64,000 nt of DNA from Candidatus Poribacteria bacterium (GCA_965205015.1 OZ242029.1:4608001-4672000); one strand, 5' to 3'. Positions 47,131-56,080 are shown, counted from the stretch's first letter. Numbers and translations are program-made. The notes: generated by a model from the sequence alone, not told the origin.

Positions 47131-48579
47131 ATGAAAAATATTGTTTTACTGATTACCGATACCTTTCGGTATGACAATCTTGGCGAACGGGCGCGCCGTC
47201 CGATCCGCACGCCAATGCTCGATAAATTTGAGGCAGAGCGCGCAACTGCTATCGACAAATTCTATATGAGCAGTTTCCCAACGGTGCCACACCGCACAGA
47301 TATTCTGACGGCAACGGTCGGGTGGCCCCACTACCCGTGGCAACCGATCGATCTGAGCGGACGGAGCGTCATCTCGCAACTCCTGAGCGAGCAGGGATAC
47401 GCAACGCAGCTTATCTGTGATACGCCACACCTGTTTAACGTCCGGTTCCAGCACTGTTTCGATGCGGCTTTCCAGCATCGTGGACAGGAAGGGGACAAAC
47501 CGCTTCTCCACCACAACGATGAGATAAAAATCGTTATGCCGAACGAGAAGACGCGCCCGCATCCGTCATTCAGAGGACACACGCTCCCGAACACCCATCG
47601 TTGGACGAACCGCTACTATCAGTACGAATCGGAGACGTTCTCCGGCAGGACTTCCGAGACCACGATTCGATGGCTGGAAGAGAACCACCGCTCGGGTCCG
47701 TTCTTCCTCTGGGTCGACTTCTTCGATCCGCACGAACCGTGGGATCCACCCGAATACCTCGTCAAACGATACGATCCCGATTACACGGGTCCGCCGATGC
47801 TACACCCGAACTACGGTCTGTCATCGCTCTTTACGGAGGCCGAATTGCACAACCTCTGGGCACACTATGCCGGTGAGGCAGAACTCATTGATCGACACAT
47901 CGGACGGGTGCTGCAGAAAGTGGAAGACTTGGAGTTATGGGACGATACCCTCGTTGTTGTATTGTCCGATCACGGCATGTCTATTGGCGAACACAGTAGA
48001 ACGGGTAAATCCAATATCGATCCAACGGATGAACGTTATTGGCCCACGTACCCTGAAATCAATCATGAGATGTTCCTGATTGCCGGTGGCGATGTTCCGA
48101 TGGGACAACGTCTCGATCTCATCGCACAACCGATGGATATTATGCCGACACTCTGTGAATTGGCTGGGGTTACTTTGGATCCACCAAAGCCGTTTGAGGG
48201 ACGCTCTTTTGCACGGGCACTCCGTAACGGCGATACCCAGCACAGGGAATATGCCGTAACGGGTTGCCATATTGGGGCACCGGACGGAACGGTTCCCCGT
48301 CGAGCTACAGTGCCGTTCCTCGTAACTAATCGTTGGGGATATGCACCTGTCGGTGAATACGGTAGACCGGAACTGTTCGACCTCCCCGCGGATCCGATAG
48401 CGGAGAACAACATCGCTGCGGATAATATGGAACTTGTCCAAGAGTTGCATGACATGTTTATGGCGCACCTCACGGCGCATAACGCCCCTGAGAACTTCCT
48501 TGATCTCTGGAAGGAAGAGCCCTCTGGCGACGGACGCGGCAAATGGTCGATCGACTATCCCGATGATTCAGATGCGTAA
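47131..48579 (+). CDS. Sulfatase-like hydrolase (alkaline phosphatase superfamily) with Thr at the nucleophile position
   Basis: IVLLITDTFR.D, TP..D, FPTVPHR, DPHEPW, SDHG, ELFDL..DP. Confidence 0.88.
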   Translation: MKNIVLLITDTFRYDNLGERARRPIRTPMLDKFEAERATAIDKFYMSSFPTVPHRTDILTATVGWPHYPWQPIDLSGRSVISQLLSEQGYATQLICDTPHLFNVRFQHCFDAAFQHRGQEGDKPLLHHNDEIKIVMPNEKTRPHPSFRGHTLPNTHRWTNRYYQYESETFSGRTSETTIRWLEENHRSGPFFLWVDFFDPHEPWDPPEYLVKRYDPDYTGPPMLHPNYGLSSLFTEAELHNLWAHYAGEAELIDRHIGRVLQKVEDLELWDDTLVVVLSDHGMSIGEHSRTGKSNIDPTDERYWPTYPEINHEMFLIAGGDVPMGQRLDLIAQPMDIMPTLCELAGVTLDPPKPFEGRSFARALRNGDTQHREYAVTGCHIGAPDGTVPRRATVPFLVTNRWGYAPVGEYGRPELFDLPADPIAENNIAADNMELVQELHDMFMAHLTAHNAPENFLDLWKEEPSGDGRGKWSIDYPDDSDA

Positions 48580-48600
48580 GAAATTTAGAAGATAGAATTC

Positions 48601-48641
48601 AAAAGAGGCTTTAGGGTACCTTTGCCTAAAGTCTCTTTTTC
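48601..48641 (+). terminator. Intrinsic terminator after the sulfatase-like gene (bidirectional-looking)
   Basis: AAAAGAGGCTTTAGG-N9-CCTAAAGTCTCTTTTT. Confidence 0.7.
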
Positions 48642-48717
48642 TACGACGAAAATCGTTTTAATCGTATTGCATTTAATGTGATGTTAGTATAAAATACGGC
48701 TATCTATGGTAGTTTGC

Positions 48718-48742
48718 GGGCAGCCACAAGGGCTGCCCCTAC
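48718..48742 (-). repeat. GTAG-type REP palindrome
   Basis: Minus strand GTAGGGGCAGCCCTTGTGGCTGCCC. Confidence 0.8.
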
Positions 48743-48840
48743 AAAATGTCAACATACTTTTATAATTCACCATAGTAATGGGGACTGTGTCTTATAACGT
48801 TCGTATAAAAATTGAATACAACATCGGGAGGTAGATTTGA

Positions 48841-49668
48841 ATGAAGATTTTGACTGTAAGTCTCTTATCAATCTGTTTAATCGTAGTTTTAGGGACCCTC
48901 GGAGAAGCCGTCCGAGAGGATGAATTGGCACTCTATCTCTCCTTTGATGAAGGGGACAGTGAGATCGCCAAGGATAGGTCTCAACACGGAAATGATGGGA
49001 CCATTCACAAAGGAACGCGGGTAGAAGGCAAAATTGGCCAGGCAGTCGAACTCACCGGCGAAGCCGGTGGTTGGGTGGAAGTGCCAGATTCACCCTCGTT
49101 AGATATCACCGATGAAATCACCTTGATGTGTTGGGTGTATCCGACCGAGTTCACGAATGAGTGGTTCCGTATTATTGTGAAGACGTGGGCAGGGGATACC
49201 GCCCCGTGGATGGCTTATGGATTCTATGAATTTGGCGGTAATAATGGAAAGACAGGTTTCATTATCTCTGTTGATGGGGGCACAGAAAAACGGATCGGCG
49301 ATGGTGATACTTCCAACTTGCCTCTGGAGGAGTGGACACATATAACTGCCACCTACGATGGGAGCCAGATGAAACTTTACTATAATGGTGAAGTCGAAGT
49401 GGAAGGCGATGCCACAGGTACGATTGATACAAACGATGTCCCTGTGTCGGTTGGACGCAACAGTGAGGGAGAGCGGGAGCATTACATTGGACGCATTGAC
49501 GAGGTCGCTATCTGGAGTGTTGCGCTTGATCAAGATGAAATCAATGAGGCAATGGCTGGCGTTACGACTGCTGTCGAGGCAGAAGGCAAGTTGCCTATGA
49601 GCTGGGGTGCGCTAAAAGGCGAGTATCTGAGGGCACCGAAATCGTTTACCCCGCGAGAGCGTTGGTAG
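48841..49668 (+). CDS. Secreted LamG-like jellyroll protein with W-x-x-L-K tail
   Basis: Signal peptide, LYLSFDEG, EWTHITATYDG, GRIDEVAIW, tail VEAEGKLPMSWGALK. Confidence 0.9.
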   Translation: MKILTVSLLSICLIVVLGTLGEAVREDELALYLSFDEGDSEIAKDRSQHGNDGTIHKGTRVEGKIGQAVELTGEAGGWVEVPDSPSLDITDEITLMCWVYPTEFTNEWFRIIVKTWAGDTAPWMAYGFYEFGGNNGKTGFIISVDGGTEKRIGDGDTSNLPLEEWTHITATYDGSQMKLYYNGEVEVEGDATGTIDTNDVPVSVGRNSEGEREHYIGRIDEVAIWSVALDQDEINEAMAGVTTAVEAEGKLPMSWGALKGEYLRAPKSFTPRERW

Positions 49669-49701
49669 CCGGTACTGCTTCACAACGAAAAGAACGAAGG
49701 G

Positions 49702-49732
49702 TGGGCATCGCGAATGTGATGCCCATTTTTTT
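49702..49732 (+). terminator. Intrinsic terminator
   Basis: TGGGCATC-N8-GATGCCCA followed by T7. Confidence 0.8.
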
Positions 49733-49872
49733 GGCAGATTATAAAAACATGTAACGTGAATTCAACATAAGCGCGAAGACATTCAGTGAAACACAATAGA
49801 CGCAGACATCAAAGAGAATTTGGGATTGACAAGCAAAACGACGGAATACTGAATGGATGCTTGGGTCTATGC

Positions 49873-50086
49873 AAATTTCACAGTAAGCATTTCGGAAAGA
49901 GGCTTTGTTACCCGCGTAGAACCCAGTCGTGGTATGGGTTTAGCGTCGTTTGGGAGACCTTGCACTTTTTGGGGTTTACTGTGAAATTTCTAAATTGTGA
50001 AGTTTGGATTAACATTTGGAAACCCAGTCACAGTGTGGGTTTGTCGCCTATGCAGCGTGTCAATCCATTTTGAGTTTACTGTGAAA
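49873..50086. mobile_element. MITE-like structure with a perfect 14-bp terminal inverted repeat and a second copy of the right end
   Basis: aaatttcacagtaa (49873-49886) / ttactgtgaaattt (49976-49989); tttactgtgaaa again at 50075-50086; each half has aacccagtc...tgggttt. Confidence 0.5.
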
Positions 50087-50240
50087 ATATCTATATGTTA
50101 AAACACGAATAACATAATATGTAATATTTTCATACTTTTCAGTGCAGTTAGGTGAAAGCCCCTACAAGGGAATCGGTTCCGGGTTAGGGGTCTCCGATAA
50201 AAGTGTGCACGTATTTTCAGGCTTTACTATAATTGCGGTT

Positions 50241-52631
50241 TTAGGAGAGTTTCGCTCGGATAGCATTTAAATCAGGTCCCTTTGGCATGATGAACAGGCA
50301 CTGTCCGCCGCTACGAGCCTCCCACAACTCACCAATTTCACGCTTTTCACGGGCATCGTCAGCCGACCAAAGTTGTAGTCCTTTGTATTCAACAACCAGA
50401 TAACGTCCATCGTTTAAAAGACAGACAAAATCAGGATAAAACCTATCGGTTGAAGTCTGGAGCCAGAAGGAGTGTTGAGGTTTGCGTTCAAGATTCCTCA
50501 CCCAAAATTTAACTTCAGGCAACATATCAATGAACTGCGCGCATTGGACTTCTTGACCATCTGACTTCAGATCCCCGACATCGGGGTAGTAATGCTTCTG
50601 GAATTGATAAGGACCTGTATAACGGGTGTTATAGGGATAACGGTGTGGCTCAAAGGAGAAGCAGTGGTCGGGTGAAACCACAATCGGCGTTGCACACTCA
50701 GGCAAGAGAAAGTTTTGATATGCAGCTTGGTGTACGTTTTGGCGATGGTTATCAATCTTCGCCTCAGCAGCATCTTTCAGAGCATACTTATTGCGTATGA
50801 GGATCCCTATTGGAATACCGCGATCTTCAATCAGATACTTGACCAATTGCTGTAGAAAAGGCAAAGACTCCCGCTGTAGAATATCAAGATGTTTAATGGT
50901 TCTATCAAGCCAGTTTGCGAGTTGTGCGGCATCCCAGTTGTCATCCGGTGCGAGAAAAGACATCTGCTGATGAAGTTGACCTAAAAAACGTATTTCTACT
51001 CTTCCTTCTTGAGAAAGACCAACTTCACCACTGGTTCCTGTTGTAAATTCAGATGGAAACTCTTCTTCAGAAAGTTCAGCATCGCATTCGGACAATTGCC
51101 ACACGGTTTCTAAAAATCGTGATGCCTCAAAGTCAATATACGTCTGGTTCCGCTTGACCATCAACTTTGGAACTTTAAAGACTTCACCGCGCGCAGCAGC
51201 GGTAGGCTCAGTATCAGGCTGTGTTGTGTCCTCAACAAACGGTAACTCACCTTGTTGTTCAGCGGCAGGACGGATAAGTTCAGAGGCTGCCTGTTTCTCA
51301 AATCCATTTTGGACAAGCCCATCGGTTAAGGCAGATGCGGCATCATAGAAGTTTTGGGAAGCAACGAAGGCGTAAGCACTATTCAACGATTCTTGCTTTT
51401 TGCGCTGTGCCTTCGGGAGACGCATAATCCTCCCTAATATCTGTTCAACAGCAGTAGAGGATCTCATTTCGGCAACAGAGCAGAGAACGTAGGCAAACGG
51501 ACAATCCCAACCCTCTCGCAACGCCTGCACGGTGATAACGTAGCGAATTTGACACTCTGGATCGTTGATGTCAACATTGTCAAGTCCTCTGTCTTCGCCT
51601 GTAGCACGCGCAATCTGGCATTCAGGAATTCCGTGTTCTTCAATTAGACATTTCTCAACGACTTCAACCGTCAAAGTTTCTCTGGTTTTACTTCTTGGCT
51701 GCGCCTGAATCAGCATAACAGGACGGATATATTCGCCTGTTTCTTGCCGTTCCCTCTCGGCATCCACCTCAAGGGTGTTACGCTGCGCAATGGCAGCATC
51801 AAGCAATCTTTTCCAATCCGGATCGGTCTCCAACTGAATTGGCATCTTGATCATGTCTTCGGCTTGAAGTTCAGCGGCAGAAACAGTATAGAGGACATTG
51901 GAAGGGTTCTGCTCCATATCAGGGGTGGCAGTGAATTCAATGATTGCAGATGGATTGAAGCGGGCGAGTGTTTCAAAAGAGAGTTCGGTTCGGGCATTGT
52001 GTGCCTCGTCAACGATGACAAGCGGACGCTTGACGCATAAAAGATTCGCAAGCGAATAGACAGGCTTACCATCCTCGCGCTCAACCTCCGAGAGGGTCTC
52101 CTCGGGAAGATGCGTGAAATGTCCCATCAACGCACCTGAAGGTTCATACACTTTGCGTCCATCGGTATCCTCAACGCGGAACGCTTGCATCGTGGAGACG
52201 ATAATTGTAGTTTTCGTATTGAGAATATGGGGTGACAGATAGAGCGCATCACCGATGGTGAGGATTTCAACGTTGTGTCTTGCAGACCTAAAAGCGTCTC
52301 TGTAGGGATGATTCGGATTTTTAAGGGCATTGAGCGTCTGATCGCGGATAGCGTTTGAAGGGACAAGCCAGAGGACAATTGGACTCTCCGTCTTTAAGAG
52401 TTCAGATGAGGTGATACTAACCGCATGGCATGCAACGAAGGTCTTACCACCACCTGTAGGCAGTCTGAGACAAACATAGGGCATACCCGGTAAGCCGTCG
52501 ACGAAGGCGTAAGGTCGTTGGGTAAGGTCATAGAATGCAGTGTTAGCGTTTTCGTACTGTAGGCATCTTTGGTAATATTCGGTCAGTGTTTCAAGGGTGC
52601 GTTCTTGGTATTCTTTGAGGGGTAGGTGCAT
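50241..52631 (-). CDS. res: Type III restriction enzyme Res subunit (SF2 helicase with PD-(D/E)XK nuclease)
   Basis: PTGGGKT, DEAH, LREGWDCP, QILGRIMR, FYPDF...VVEYKG. Confidence 0.9.
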   Translation of the reverse strand: MHLPLKEYQERTLETLTEYYQRCLQYENANTAFYDLTQRPYAFVDGLPGMPYVCLRLPTGGGKTFVACHAVSITSSELLKTESPIVLWLVPSNAIRDQTLNALKNPNHPYRDAFRSARHNVEILTIGDALYLSPHILNTKTTIIVSTMQAFRVEDTDGRKVYEPSGALMGHFTHLPEETLSEVEREDGKPVYSLANLLCVKRPLVIVDEAHNARTELSFETLARFNPSAIIEFTATPDMEQNPSNVLYTVSAAELQAEDMIKMPIQLETDPDWKRLLDAAIAQRNTLEVDAERERQETGEYIRPVMLIQAQPRSKTRETLTVEVVEKCLIEEHGIPECQIARATGEDRGLDNVDINDPECQIRYVITVQALREGWDCPFAYVLCSVAEMRSSTAVEQILGRIMRLPKAQRKKQESLNSAYAFVASQNFYDAASALTDGLVQNGFEKQAASELIRPAAEQQGELPFVEDTTQPDTEPTAAARGEVFKVPKLMVKRNQTYIDFEASRFLETVWQLSECDAELSEEEFPSEFTTGTSGEVGLSQEGRVEIRFLGQLHQQMSFLAPDDNWDAAQLANWLDRTIKHLDILQRESLPFLQQLVKYLIEDRGIPIGILIRNKYALKDAAEAKIDNHRQNVHQAAYQNFLLPECATPIVVSPDHCFSFEPHRYPYNTRYTGPYQFQKHYYPDVGDLKSDGQEVQCAQFIDMLPEVKFWVRNLERKPQHSFWLQTSTDRFYPDFVCLLNDGRYLVVEYKGLQLWSADDAREKREIGELWEARSGGQCLFIMPKGPDLNAIRAKLS

Positions 52632-52663
52632 CTTTTTGTTTTGATGTTAGAGAAATATTAGAT

Positions 52664-52921
52664 TTATTCATAGACAGATGAACGATGCCCAATCCGGGAG
52701 ACTTCAACTGTTTGATAACACTTATCATAAGTATAGATAATTCGGTAGTCACCAGAAGGTAATTTGAATTTTCCTTTGTAGTTGCCTTTCAGTGCTCTAT
52801 GGGGCCATTGATCGCAATTCTCTCGCAGTAATTTAAGTTTACGGCGAATTTGCCTTCGGATTTTGCCATCCAAACGCTCTAAATCCCCTTCAGCAGCAGG
52901 AGTCAGTATCAATTCATACAT
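52664..52921 (-). CDS. relE: RelE/ParE family toxin
   Basis: MYELILTPAAEGDLERLD...LKG...GDYRIIY...IGHRSSVY. Confidence 0.9.
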   Translation of the reverse strand: MYELILTPAAEGDLERLDGKIRRQIRRKLKLLRENCDQWPHRALKGNYKGKFKLPSGDYRIIYTYDKCYQTVEVSRIGHRSSVYE

Positions 52922-54088
52922 TTAGGTTCCTAACCGTTTGGCAACCTCTTCAAGTGTAAACATCTTACCTCCAGACTTGATATACTCGTCCTCGCGTTTG
53001 AGTTCTTCAATGAATTCTGGACGCAATTCCAATCCATCGTCTGGATCGTAATCGTAATTTTCAAGGAACAGTTCCAATTCCAAATAGCACACGAAAAACT
53101 CACAGAACCCACCACGCAGACGCTCCTTTATCTCTATAGTCTGTTTCATTTTCATCAACTGAAGGAGACGTCCTTGCGAGACAAAAAGTCGCCAATTTCC
53201 TAGTGTATGCATCAACGTTCGGAATTCATCAGATGGTAATTCCGTTACCTTTATCTCTGGGGCAGGATCGCCGTGTACGGATAGCCCCATCCGACGAGCC
53301 TCACGTCCGAGAGGCGAGCTTTTCCTTTGTGCTTCAACTGCCGAAACCCGATATTTCAAATGGTCCAAAGTATCGGTCGCCTCTATAATCTCCAGAATGG
53401 GGTTTTCATACTCTTCGAGATCCAAGGCAAGTACATAGTACCCATTGAAGAACTCACGGAACTCTTCTTCAAGTTCGGCGTGAGGAGCATCCTTTGCAAG
53501 CAGCGCGATGAGTCGTTCACGCGATTTAAATATTCCACCATTAATAACAGAAATAAGCCAATCGTTGAATTGCTCTGAATGGATGAAAGTCTCCTCCGTT
53601 TCTGATTCTGAGGGGGTATTTGTTGACTCTAATCTCCCATAATACCTTTGACGCTCTTTTTCAAAAGAACTATCGTTGTATTCTGATAAGGAAAAAATAC
53701 CTTCACTATATCTTCGGTGAACCTTCAACATTTCAAGGCTTTCACCTCCAACAATCAAGGTGTCAGCTTCGCTAACCGTTCTCAAGTGATATGCCAAGTC
53801 TAAAAGGTTCTCTGATGGTATATTATCTGACAAGATATAGCACTCAACAACCTGCTCTCTTTTATTTTTAAACAACTCTTCAAACCGAATTTGCAATTGC
53901 TGCCGGTACTTGGTTGGGAGAGACTCAATTTGTTCAAAGATAGCATTCTGCAATTTGTTTTCTGAATCAACAATTAATAAACCATTTCCTTGAATATCAT
54001 CTAAGAATTCTGCTGTATGCCTCACATAAGCCGGATTAAAATAAGCTGCATTGAATATGGAAGAATCAAGAACTGCACTGATTCGCAT
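52922..54088 (-). CDS. Chimeric hypothetical protein: PIN-like-looking N-terminus, two internal helical repeats, antitoxin-like C-terminal tail
   Basis: N-terminal AVLDSS; repeats at about aa 171-228 and 286-346; tail DPDDGLELRPEF...FTLEEVAKRLG; stop abuts the relE start. Confidence 0.7.
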   Translation of the reverse strand: MRISAVLDSSIFNAAYFNPAYVRHTAEFLDDIQGNGLLIVDSENKLQNAIFEQIESLPTKYRQQLQIRFEELFKNKREQVVECYILSDNIPSENLLDLAYHLRTVSEADTLIVGGESLEMLKVHRRYSEGIFSLSEYNDSSFEKERQRYYGRLESTNTPSESETEETFIHSEQFNDWLISVINGGIFKSRERLIALLAKDAPHAELEEEFREFFNGYYVLALDLEEYENPILEIIEATDTLDHLKYRVSAVEAQRKSSPLGREARRMGLSVHGDPAPEIKVTELPSDEFRTLMHTLGNWRLFVSQGRLLQLMKMKQTIEIKERLRGGFCEFFVCYLELELFLENYDYDPDDGLELRPEFIEELKREDEYIKSGGKMFTLEEVAKRLGT

Positions 54089-54105
54089 TTACACAACTCC
54101 TTTTA

Positions 54106-55707
54106 CTATCTAAGTTCACGAAGACGTTCTGGAAAAAAACCGTTGGGCCAGCCATCAATAAAATCGCCATCTTCATCAAGACGTAAACGTTCTACTTTTG
54201 CCCCTTCAGGTCTACGACTGACATAGATAACCGATACGTCCTCTGGCTTGATTTCCCTTTTACGGACTAAACGCTGCAGACGCAAAATCAGATGCTCGCT
54301 GTGGGTTTCAATAATGAATCGCTTCCGACTTGATTCCCTGATGACTTCCGCTAAGAGATCACCGAGATCCGCTTGTAATTTCGGATGCACGTGAACTTCA
54401 GGCTGTTCAATAGAGATAATCTGTCCCCCAGGAACCAAACTCTGAACGATAAAAGGGAGGAGTTGACTAATCCCAAAACCGACATCCGGTAGTGCTACAC
54501 TTACGTTTTTTTTTCGACGCGTATCTATGAGTCTCACTACAAAAAGATCCCCTGAAGCAGTTCCAACCGTTTCCACCTCGAGTTTGTAGTCCATATTGAG
54601 TCGGTTTAACCATTGGTTCGCGTCCTGCACTAAGTCAGGACGACGGAAGAGCAGATCTGGAAGCAAATCTCCTCGATATCCGACATTCTGAGGAGTAGTC
54701 CCCCTAAAAGTATACAACCTTTCTGGAGGGGTCCGAAAAGGGCTTATTGGAAAAAGAGTTTCCAATGTTTGTTCCAATGCCTGGCCCGCTACTATAGTAA
54801 GTTGAGCGACATCGAATAGCATCCTATCATATTGTCGACGTAATTGGAAGTACAAGTCTGTTATCGGATTTCTTTTGCGCGACATAATTCCAACTGGAAA
54901 GAAACCTTGTATCCCTAAAACCGTACCCATTTCTTCACCGTGCCGCCTGGAAATGTAGGTTTCCAGATCAAATCCCGGTGAGAAGAATTTAATACCGTCT
55001 TCTAAGGAATTAATCTCTTCCGGAAGACTATCATTATCTTCCCGAAGTTCTTCACTAGAATGTTTCAGAGCATTTAATCTGTCCTTGAGTTGGTTAAGGA
55101 TCTCCTCCTTATTCTTCAAACACCACTTAAACTCTTGTTTCCAATGCTCTGATTCTTTTGTTAACCAGACGCACTTTACGGCTCCTAATTTTGAAATTGA
55201 AACTGGAACCCCACGCGAATCACGGAAAAAGCGTGGCCGCTTTTGAAATTCCCTTGATATTTCAGTTCGATCCAATGGCTTAAATTGAGCGATATGTTTA
55301 GCAGATTTCCCATCGTAAATCCCAATTCCATCTAAAAGGACTTCTTGGTCAGGGGGGGGGCGTTTGAAACTAAATTCAATCGCTATTTTGTCTCCGCTCA
55401 ATGATAGTAGAGACGGATATCTCCTATCTATCGAAGTTTCAACACGAATCGAAAGTGTCCGTTCCAAATCATGGTCGAAAAGCATCTCTGGGAAACTGCC
55501 GAGATCTACAATGTGATTTGGTGTTCGGGCGAGCAGTAAATCCTCAGTATCCCGTCTTTCCAGCGTCTGCTTAAGCAAATAGAGAGCTTGCAGAATTGAA
55601 CTCTTTCCCGCGCTGTTTTCACCAAAAATAAGTGTTATCGGGGCAAATGGAATATGTGCTCGTTCTCCGAACGCTTTGAAATTTTCTAATTCCAGTGAAT
55701 GAAGCAT
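54106..55707 (-). CDS. ABC-type AAA ATPase with C-terminal DUF3696
   Basis: LENFKAF, GENSAGKS, VGFGISQ, ISIEQPE.H.HP, ETHS, DGDFIDGWPNGFF. Confidence 0.88.
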   Translation of the reverse strand: MLHSLELENFKAFGERAHIPFAPITLIFGENSAGKSSILQALYLLKQTLERRDTEDLLLARTPNHIVDLGSFPEMLFDHDLERTLSIRVETSIDRRYPSLLSLSGDKIAIEFSFKRPPPDQEVLLDGIGIYDGKSAKHIAQFKPLDRTEISREFQKRPRFFRDSRGVPVSISKLGAVKCVWLTKESEHWKQEFKWCLKNKEEILNQLKDRLNALKHSSEELREDNDSLPEEINSLEDGIKFFSPGFDLETYISRRHGEEMGTVLGIQGFFPVGIMSRKRNPITDLYFQLRRQYDRMLFDVAQLTIVAGQALEQTLETLFPISPFRTPPERLYTFRGTTPQNVGYRGDLLPDLLFRRPDLVQDANQWLNRLNMDYKLEVETVGTASGDLFVVRLIDTRRKKNVSVALPDVGFGISQLLPFIVQSLVPGGQIISIEQPEVHVHPKLQADLGDLLAEVIRESSRKRFIIETHSEHLILRLQRLVRKREIKPEDVSVIYVSRRPEGAKVERLRLDEDGDFIDGWPNGFFPERLRELR

Positions 55708-55738
55708 CAGACTTCTCCTAATTGACTTTCATTCCTCC

Positions 55739-55973
55739 AAGACCTACGCAAATTGCTCAAATATTGGACATTGAGGAGCGAAAAACAGTAATTTCTGTCT
55801 TTTATAGTAAAACCAACAATTAATCAGACACTTTTCCTTTAACAGAAGACTGTTCGTAGGGGCGAGGTCCCCTCGTCCGTCTGTCAAAGTGTGTCTCATT
55901 ATTTTTAGAGGCCACTATAAACCCCCTAAACCCGCTTTATCAGGGGGACTTTAAGATAGAATGCGTAAGTCCT
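55739..55973. mobile_element. Nested MITE/REP element in the ATPase leader
   Basis: Outer aagacctacgca/tgcgtaagtcct; inner tatagt...agacac / gtgtct...actata (55803-55919); core REP GTAGGGGCGAGGTCCCCTCGTCC (55856-55878). Confidence 0.65.
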
Positions 55974-56051
55974 ATCCTCAGTTTTCTTGGTACTTTAGTA
56001 GTCGTTTGTTTAAGGCACCACCAAACCAGTCTGAGGGATATATTCAAAAGT

Positions 56052-56080
56052 AGTATACGAGATTTAAATGGATTTGTCAA
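56052..56080 (-). promoter_or_regulatory. Sigma70 promoter for the ATPase-chimera-RelE cassette (and res)
   Basis: Minus strand TTGACA-N17-TATACT. Confidence 0.65.

Noticed and set aside
49786-50073. 95-aa ORF between the LamG gene and res
   Set aside because: Runs across repeat DNA; no RBS or protein motif.
49850-50110. Possible CRISPR leader or array
   Set aside because: Only two or three short repeats, partly inverted, with no regular repeat-spacer period and no cas genes in the window.
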